Origin: the human T2T-CHM13v2.0 reference genome, Homo sapiens
Direction: 5' to 3' (one strand)
Length of the DNA stretch: 64,000 nt
Assembly: GCF_009914755.1 (NCBI RefSeq)
Contig: NC_060944.1
Of the stretch, positions 55,066 through 64,000 are shown one piece after another (position 1 is the first letter of the stretch; each line of letters opens with the position of its first letter). The notes under the pieces are model-generated. The model was not told the DNA's origin, made no database searches, and worked only from the letters and a program-made list of their open reading frames with translations. Both the position numbers and the translations under genes were made by a program.

Positions 55066-56699
55066 GGTATCACACTTCTATGTAGCAAATAAATAGTAAT
55101 TCTTTAAGAAGACATCTTCATTGAACATAAGACTTTTACTTTTCTGCAAATTCATTTATTAAGTCATCAAAATTTATACTTCTAGAAATTTTGTTTTCAA
55201 TTGATATAATTAAAAAATAACACGAGTTGGTCCTGACAAATGCAAGATCACAAATAATTTTAGATAATTTTTTATTCTGAGGAGGAGATTTTTTAGATAC
55301 AACTGTCATTGGACCTGTTAAAAGTATTTTAGTGCTATGCAACATCGGGATTAACTTCTGATGAATTATTTTGAAATACAAATTTTAATGTATCTATAGC
55401 TGATGACTTTTAAGAAATAGTTTTTCTAAATAGATTTAACTCTTCATACAAATCACTTTTGTGTAACTCCAAATTTAATTTTGTTAATTTACACAATGAT
55501 AGTTTGACATTTCCTCTGCTATTTTTGGAATTGGTGGAGGTCTGTACAAGGAATTAAAAGTGGTGTAATGATTGTATATAATTCACAATGCCATTTTGTG
55601 CACTCTATCATTACATCTTCAATTTTAATGAAAAATTAATGAGATAATTGTCTTCTTTGTTAAAAATTTATCTAAAGCTTCATATAAAAATAGTGTTATT
55701 TTCCATTGAATGTGACAATCTTTACATTTAATTTCTGTTTCTAAGCCTGTGGATATTTGTTTTGCAACATTGCCGCAATTTTCAAAATTAGTAATACCTC
55801 TTTGAACATATAATAACTCCCTGAAATGTTTTATTGTGTAATGTCCATGTGTACTTTTTCTTGGCAATTGTTTACTAACAGGGTTTACTGTCTGATAAGT
55901 GGCAGTTCCCACCCGGACCCTCAGGCTGGAGGGTTAGTATTTGTGCTGAGGCACAGGGTTGGGCTCCAAGGATGGAATGGCAAGCTGGCATCCCACCGAT
56001 GGTCCCAACACTGGAACATAGAGTCTCACCTGTCTTGGGACAGGGACACTAATGGGGCTGCTTCTGCTGCACCTGCCACCATCACCACCATGCCACCACC
56101 AATCTGGGCCCAGGTCTGAGTATGGCTGCCCCCTCAGGCTCTGCATCACCCCAGCCTGCCCCCAGGATGCTAGTGAGTCCCATGAGGCTAGGCCAGCTGT
56201 TCCAGTTGCTACTGACTGTTGTATCTCTGGGTGTGAGTCTATGTGGTGTGTGTGTGTATGTGTGTGTGTGTGCACTGCTGCCTGGAGTGTGTGTGCTTCC
56301 TCTGTTCACATGGGTGCTCCATGGTCCTATCAGTCTTCATTTGCAAAACACAGGTTCAAAGAAAAAATTATTATGAATATCATGACAGTGATAGTGAAAC
56401 ATTAAAGCAATTGTGAGGTTCTTCCTGCGTGTGTGTCCCAGTGGGGCTACACATGCCACATGTCCACAGAGCCAGCCCTGATAGGGAGGCAGCAGGAATA
56501 CTGCATTTACCATCTTGATCTGATCTCTTGATGAAAGCCAATATTGCTTTACTAAACCACTTTTATGTGGAATGTGGTGCATTTGCATCTGAGTTGGTTA
56601 TCCTAGTTTGCATTTTCCAGCTGGACAAAGGCCAGTTTCAATGGCTTTAGAGAGAGGGAATAATCTAGACTTGTTCCTATGGCTAGGGACCAAACAGGT

Positions 56700-57022
56700 T
56701 TTTTTAATTTTTAAAGTTATTTTAAAATTTAATTTGATTTTTTTTAGAGTTTCACTCTGTTGCCCAGGCTGGAGTGTAGTGGCGTGATCATGGCTCACTG
56801 CAGCCTTGAATTCCTGGACTTAGTGATCCTCCTGCTTCAGCCTCCCAAGTAGCTATGACTACAGATGTACATTGCCATGCCTGGCTAATTTCTAAAAGTT
56901 TTTTATAGAGTTGGGGTCTTGCTATGTTGCCCAACTAGTCTTGAACTACTGGCCTCAAGCTATCCTCCTGCCTTGGCTTCCCAAAGTGCTGGGATTACAG
57001 GCATGAGCCATCATGCTTGGCC
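56700..57022 (-). mobile_element. AluJ with TSD ccaaacag(g/a)ttttt
   Basis: gatcatggctcactgcagccttgaa, gtcttgctatgttgccca; TSD copies at about 56690 and 57023. Confidence 0.92.
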
Positions 57023-57638
57023 CCAAACAGATTTTTAAATCTCTTCTTGAGAATCAAGAGTCACCTTTGTAATGTGGAAGGTTATGTTTATATTATTCAG
57101 AAAACGCTAATGACTGTGCATAAATAAAGCTTATCCTCTATTTTTAATCATCTGGTCCTTAAACATGTAAATCATCTTCAGCTTCCCAGTTATAGCTCAT
57201 GGATCAGTTTCTGGTATAATCTATATCATTCCTTGGTGACCTTTCTCCCCTCATTTTCTGCATGTATATATCTTGTGGTTAGGCATCAGAAGGCTGTATC
57301 TTATTTAAGTATCTGAATGTATCATCAGGCTTATAAAAATGGTTGATATTGTAGAGTTCAGAGATTCAGAGCTAGATGCTTATCTGAAAGCATTTCCAAA
57401 CCTATCTGGTACTGGCCTGAACCAGATTCTGTTCTGTTTGGAATAGAAATTTTACAGTATTTCATTTTTTTCCAGATAGGAAACAATAATGAGTGTAGCT
57501 TATTGAAGTATTTTCTTAACATTATAGCTTTTTTACTGATGAAAGAATATGAGATTATATAATCTTTGTTATTTATCTTCAAAACTCTTGATATTACATG
57601 CCATAGTATACTACAGCATGGACTATTTTTATAATATG

Positions 57639-57818
57639 TACTAGTTATAAAATGTATACCACAAAAATCTATATTATACTAGTTATAAAATGAATACCAC
57701 ATGCATACTTGTGCTAGTTATAAAATATATACCATATGTACTTGTTATAAATGTATATCACATAAAACCTATATTATACTAGTTCTAAAATGTATGTTAC
57801 ATAAAGCCTGTATTATAA
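57639..57818. repeat. Degenerate minisatellite, 5 units of 27-39 bp (core tactagttataaaatgtatac)
   Basis: Units start near 57639, 57677, 57712, 57739 and 57777. Confidence 0.85.
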
Positions 57819-59862
57819 CTGGAGGACTAAATATCAGCTAGTTAACAAATTACCCAGATGTTCTTTATGTAGTCTTATAGATCTTTATTTGATTGTCTAA
57901 TTATGCCTTTTATGTGACTGGAGATGGTTCTACATAAAAATATTTGGGAAGCTTGACTTTCTGCCAGACCAAAGAGATTCAAACTTACTTGAGAAATATA
58001 AGCCACTTTCATTTACTAAGTGTCTGTGATTAAGGCAGAATCCCCTGCTTAAAATCATAGCTTTGGGAAGGGAATATAAACAGAAACATAGCTCATGCCC
58101 ATGCCCACTGTTTCTCGCTGCCCTGGACTTTTGCCAAGCTTCAGTTTGGCATTATCAAAAATACAGAGCATATTGTTATTATTAGAATATGAATTCACAA
58201 CTGGGTTTATATTGAGTAAAGATTTGTTATATTTTTTTAAATTTCTGAGTTATTTCTTATTGGTGAGTGCTTGGAAAAATGGAGTCAGAGCTTGGTATGA
58301 GGGGAGGAAGGAGGCAAAACCTATTTTGTTGAAAACCCTAATGGGGAAGATTCACTTTTCTACTGGATTCATATTTTTGTACTTCTCCTTGTCGAAATGA
58401 TTGTTTTGGACAAAAAAGCCACCTTCTTTATGTATATTTACTCATGTTGCTAACAATTAAAAATTGTTTTCTTTTACACGTTGCTTTTATATTAAAAATG
58501 ATTAAACATATATTGGTCTTTGAGGCATTAGCCTTTCATCTTGGGGTACCTAATTTAAAACCTGGTCCAGTTTAAGCAGAAACAAGTTGGATCTTGTCAC
58601 CTTCACTCATCCAAGCTTTCAGAATGAACAATAATTACAGTAAACTCAAATCATTCCAAAATGTTTTCTCATTATATTCTAACACATGAAGAATAGTAAC
58701 AAAATACTTTATTGTGTAACTAAGAAGGATTAGTATTTTTTCTTGAAAATCATTACATTGTAGCCTTCATCAGAAGAAAAATAATGAACTGTTACAGTTT
58801 CTGTTATAAGCTATATTGGAAAATGAAATCAGAGTGTCAAGTATGATTTCACAACATTGTGAATGAGAGACCATGGGTCTGGTGATGTAAGAGGCCACTT
58901 TCTACTCCTTGGGAGAACAGTTTATACCCCTGTGGTCCTCAATCCACAGGAAGTCTTTTCTTTATTGCTTAACTCCACTCTAGTAAGTCACTGACCTCCA
59001 TGTCCCCTTGAGTTCCATATTGAATACACCAGGTTAAGTTCAAATCCAATCGGAACATTTACATTTTAATAGGATTGATAGACTTAAACTGAAGAATAAA
59101 ACTTGAGTGTGGGAAGTTTTGATAGACAGAAGGAGCAAGATCCCCTGTCATTGGGAGAGCCTTTGAATCTTACTGGATTCCCACTGGAGCTTCATATTTT
59201 TTAGGTGTGGACAAGAGGGTCCTGAGGATAGCAAAGTGTCCTTCTCCCATTCTATCTTTTTCTTCAAAGGGCACATGGCATTCTGGGTGGCCTGAGACAA
59301 CTTTGTCACTTCTTGGCTGTAGTAACTTGGAGAATAATTGCTATCTTTGTCTTATGCTCAGGTCTCTGTACACTCCTGCAGTATCCTTGACTCACTCCTA
59401 ACAAGGTCCCCAGCATTGTCTCAATATGTACAGTGGTCCAGTTTGCTGTACCCTCCCATTGCTTTCATAAAACAATTGCAACTCTCCTTCAGGGTCTCTG
59501 TAGCCAACAGGCATCAAACTTCTTGGAAAAACTTCTTGGCTTCTTGGATGAAGCCCTGAATAGCTTTGTTGTATGAGTCAGGTACACACTTTATTTGAGA
59601 GTGTGGGAGAACTAGCTAATACTTTCACTACTACTATGTATTGGTAGTTTAAACAATTCAAAGTATAAAATTTATCCATGAACTTGGTTTTATTCTTCTG
59701 CCATGTAACTAGGAGTGAGAATACTTCATGTAGTAAAATGCTGCAATTTTAATGTTGGAGGTTCTTAAAATGCTCTAATTCAGGTCTTGCTTATGTTGTC
59801 TCAAATACAAGCTCACCCCTGCACTGCCAGATGGTCTCTATGTGCATTTATGTGTGTAGACA

Positions 59863-62272
59863 TAGGCCTACTTCTAAGATATTGTAGGTTTGGTTGCAGA
59901 CCACTGCAGTAAAATAAGTATAGCAATAAAATGAGTCACACAATTTTTTTTGGTTTCCCAGTGCATATAAAAGTTATGTTTATATTATTCTGTAGTCTAT
60001 TAAGTGTACAATAACATTATGTCTAAAACAAACAATGTACATACCTTAAATAAAAAATACTTTGTTAAGAAATGGTAATGATCATCTGATCCTTCAGCAG
60101 AGTCATGATCTTTTTGCTGGGGGAAGGTCTTGCCTTCATGTTGATGGCTGCTGATTGATCAGGGTGATGGTTGATGAAGGTTAGGGTGGCTGGGGAAATT
60201 TAAAAATATAAGACGGTAATGAAGTTTGGCTCATCCACTGACTCTTCCTTTCATGTAAGATTTCTCTGTAGCATGTGATGCTGTTTGAAAGCATTTTACT
60301 CACAGTAGAACTTTCAAAATTAAAGTCTACCCTCTCAAACCTTGCCACTGCTTTATCAACCAAGTTTATATAACGTTCCAAATCCTTTGTTGTCATTTCC
60401 ACAACGTTCAGTGTCTTTTCTGGGAGTAGAGTCTATCTCAAGAAACCACTTTCTTTGCTCATCCATAAGAAGCAAGTCCTCAACCATTTACATTTTATTT
60501 TGAGATTACAGCAATTGAGTCCCATCTTCAGGCTTCACATCTAATTCGAGTTCTCTTTCTTTTTCTACCATATCTGCAGTGACTTCCTCCACTGAAATTT
60601 TGAACCCCTCAAAGTCATTCATGAGTGTTGGAAAAAACTTCTAAAGTCTGTTAATGTTGGTATTTTGACCTCTTTTCATGAATCATTAATATTCTTAATG
60701 GATCTAGAATAGTGTGTACCTTCCAGAAGTTTTCATTTACTTTGCCCAGATCCATCAGAAGAATCCCTACCTGTGATACCTATAGCCTTATGAAATATAT
60801 TTCACAAACAGTAAGACTTAAAAGACAAAATTACTTCTTGATCCATGGACTACAGAATGGATGTTGTGTTAGCAGGTGTAAAAACAATATTAATCTTCTG
60901 TACATCTTTTATTAGAGCTCTTGGGTGACCAGGTGCATTGTCAATGAGTAGTACTATCCTGAAAGGAAGATTTTTTTCCTGTGCCGTAAGTCTCAACAGT
61001 GGGCTTAAAATATTTAGTAATTCATGCTGCAAACAGATGTGCTGTCATCCAGGCTTCGTTGCTCCATTTCTGGAGCACAGACAGAATAGGTTTAGCTTAA
61101 TTCTTCAGGGCCCTAGAATTGTCAGAATGGTAAATAAGCATTTACTTCAACTTAAAGTCACCAGCTGCATTAACCCCCAAGAAGACAGTCAGCCTGTCCT
61201 TTGAACCTTTGAAGCTAGGCATTGACTTCTCTCTAGCTCTGAAGTCCTAGATGGCATCTTCTCCAGTAGAAGGCTGTTTTGTCTACACTGAAAATTTCTT
61301 GTTTAGTGTAGCCACCTTCATCAAGGATCTTAGCTAGATCTTCTGGATAACTTGCTGCAGCTTCTATATCAGCACTTGCTGCTTTCTTCTGTACTTTTAT
61401 GTTATGGAGATAGCTTTTTTCCCTAAACCTCATGAACCAATCTCTGCTTGCTTCAAACTTTTCTTCTGAAGCTTCCTCACCTCCCTCACCCTTCACAGAG
61501 TTGAAGAGAGTTAGTCCTTGCTCTGGATTAGGTTTTCGCTTAAGGGAATTTTGTGGCTGGTTTGATCTATCTAGACCACTCAAACTTTCTCCATATCAGC
61601 AATGAGGCTGTTTTGCTTTTTTACCATTCATGGATTCACTGGAGTAGCACTTTTCATTTCCTTCATGAACTTTTCCTTTGCATTCACAACTTGGCTGTTT
61701 GGCACAAAAAGCCTAGCTTTTGGCCTATGTTGGTTTTTGATATGCCGTGCTCACTAAGCGTAGTCATTTATAGTTTTTGATTTCAAGTAAGAGACATGAG
61801 ACTCTTCCTTTCACTTGAACACTTCGAGGTCATTATGGGGTTATTAATTGGCCTAACTTCGATATGATCCTCTCAGTGGGTAGAGAGAGCTGAGGAGAGG
61901 GAGAGAAATGAGGGAATGGCCAGTGGAGCAGTCAGAACACATACAACATTTATGAATTATGTTGGGCATCTTATTTGGGTACAATTTGTTGACCCTAAAA
62001 CAATTACAGTGGTAACATCAAAGATCACTTATCACAGATTGCTCTAGCAGATATGCTTCTTCAGTAATTAAAAAGATTGAATATTGTGAGAATTACCAAA
62101 ATGTGGCACAAAGACAAAAAGCGAGCTCACGAAAAGTGAGCATGTACTGTTAGAAAAATGGTGCCCATATACTTGCTCAATTCAATGCAGGGTGCCACAA
62201 GCCTTTAATTTATTAAAAATGCAATATCTGCTACAAGCAATCTAGAAAGTACAAAAATGTGAGGTATGTCTG
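59863..62272 (-). mobile_element. Full-length Tigger1 (pogo-like) with decayed transposase
   Basis: About 2.41 kb; TIR-like ends taggcctac.. and ..gaggtatgtctg followed by TA; peptides [34 protein letters not shown] and LLIDNAPGHP. Confidence 0.93.
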
Positions 62273-62456
62273 TATTAGATGAGAGAAACTAAAGCAAAGT
62301 CAGAGGTCTCTAAGGGGAGATTGGCCAGGCCTTTGACCTGCTTCCTATCCATTCAAAGATCATCAGGCCTCAATATATTGACTTCTCATTGCTAAGAATA
62401 CATGAGGCTAAGAATAATAATTTATTAATCCACAGTGAGAAATGGAGCCATCACAT

Positions 62457-62866
62457 TATATTAGTCCATTCTTGCATTTCTATAAAGAAATACCTGAGGC
62501 TGGGTAATTTATAGAGAAAAGAGGTTTCATTGGCTCACGGTTTTGCAGGCTGTACAGACAGCATGATGGCATCTGCTCAGCTTCTGGGAGGCCCCAGGAA
62601 ACTTACCATGATGGCGGAAGGCAAAGGGGAAGCTGGCATTTCACATGGCTGGAGCAGGAGGAAGAGAGGGGGAGGTACCACACACTTTTAACCAACCAGC
62701 TCTTGGCAGAACTCACTTTCATGAGAACAGCACTAAGGGATGGTGTTAAACCATCATGAGAAATCCACCCCCATAATCCAACCACCTCCCACCAGGTCCC
62801 ACCTCCAACTTTGGGGACTGCAATTTGACATAAGATTTGGTGGTGACACAGATCAAAACCATATCA
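62457..62866 (-). mobile_element. MSTA/MSTB (MaLR) solo LTR
   Basis: tattagtccattcttgc..aaagaaatacctgaggctgggtaatttat..cccaccaggtcccacctccaac..aaaccatatca; TSD-like cacat/cgtat. Confidence 0.9.
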
Positions 62867-64000
62867 CGTATGGAAGAGGATAATGGAGATTTATGATGAG
62901 TTTATTTTTTCCCTATCATCAAACTACATGGTTTCTCACTGTGTTCATTTACGACATGAAACCACTGCTGTAAAGACCAGAAATGTTCACATTAAGAAGG
63001 TCAATTTCCTTTCTTTCTCTGTAGCCAACTGATTTGAGAATTTGAAGGTCATCTGGGGAGTACAACATTGGAACAAAGAGAGTTAGATAAAAAAATCCTA
63101 AACAACAGTGGACCAAGGTAGTCAGACACCTCTAGTAAACAAGTTAGCCTTGCCAGTGGGGCAAGATAGAATGATGTCTGTTGGTTTCATCCTGCATCCT
63201 ATTATACTTTAGGAGTGCCCTTACATTGGAATTGGAAGAAACACACCAACTCCAGTGGTTAGACCTTCCTTTCTCTTGGATTATGCTTTGCTGGGCACTG
63301 GTAATAAACTGTCTTGTCCAATCCATCCTTATTTTGATTGACAGATTGATTTTTAGAATATATTACTGTAATGTGTTCCATCTGGTTATAGTCAAGCCTG
63401 TTAGCCTGTGAGCCAATCAGGTGACTTGATCTCTATATGCACTGTCTCATGTTAGGCTGCTCTTATATTTATCTCTGAAGATAATCTGTTATTTCTAAAT
63501 TCTTGAGGACACCTTACTTTAGCCCCCAAATATTAACACAAAATACTTGGTACAAAAATAAGGCAGATTTTTAATGATCAGCGTACATTCTTAAATGACC
63601 TACAATGTTTGGTGCAGTATATCAGGCATGATGTTTTACCCTTTATTTTATACTGAGGACTCTGAACTATGAGTCTTCTAAACAGAACATCTATATATTA
63701 ATTCCTTTGATAAATTAAACTAAAATATTTTCTGGTAGGTTTCTCAAGATTTGATTTCTTGGTCACCAGAGGATATGTTTTCAAGCATCATCTTAAATAG
63801 AAAAATACATGTAAAGTCTAAAATAGCTTGGTCACATGACTTGGCGAAGTCATTTGAATGAAGTTACTTATGAGCCATTTCTTGGTGTGCAATCCTATTA
63901 AATTTATGATGGTCAATTATGATTATGAAAACATGCCAAAAGGCTCTTCCAGGTGTATTTTTACAGCATTTTCATTTTGTTTTTTAGCTTTTTTGGTTGC

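Larger units (their letters stand above)
53666..56480 (-). mobile_element. Zaphod-like hAT-Tip100 DNA transposon with transposase remnant and nested insertions
   Basis: TIR-like ends tagggcaggct and agccagccctg; 8-bp TSD-like acaggaag/atagggag; minus-strand peptide ISIENKISRSINFDDLINEFAEK resembles the hAT C-terminal dimerisation domain. Confidence 0.75.

Noticed and set aside
59863-62272. Domesticated TIGD1-like transposase gene
   Set aside because: The reading frame is broken into short pieces by stops and frameshifts.

Overview
Hominid (human/African-ape-like) non-coding genomic DNA dominated by interspersed repeats. No host protein-coding gene, RNA gene or CRISPR array can be supported. 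The only long ORFs are transposon-derived. The main elements are a full-length, TSD-flanked L1PA3-6030/L1PA2-type LINE-1 on the minus strand (32992-39022; ORF1, ORF2 and ORF0 all disrupted), a full-length L1PB1 (43865-51256, minus), an old L1 5' half with a ~110-bp 5'UTR repeat array, a full-length Tigger1, and a Zaphod hAT element with nested insertions. Alus, MaLR/ERV solo LTRs, MIR/L2 and MER DNA transposons fill the rest. I found no new biological system. The most notable signals are mutational: (i) clustered A/T-to-G/C changes across the young L1 5'UTR and the adjacent AluY, suggesting GC-biased gene conversion; (ii) repeated template-switch scars, including a perfected hairpin that frameshifts L1 ORF1, templated insertions inside L1PB1, and a ~190-bp local duplication of an L1 junction. 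Subfamily names and consensus comparisons are from memory of Repbase/Dfam-type consensi and need RepeatMasker confirmation. Boundaries of old repeats are approximate.
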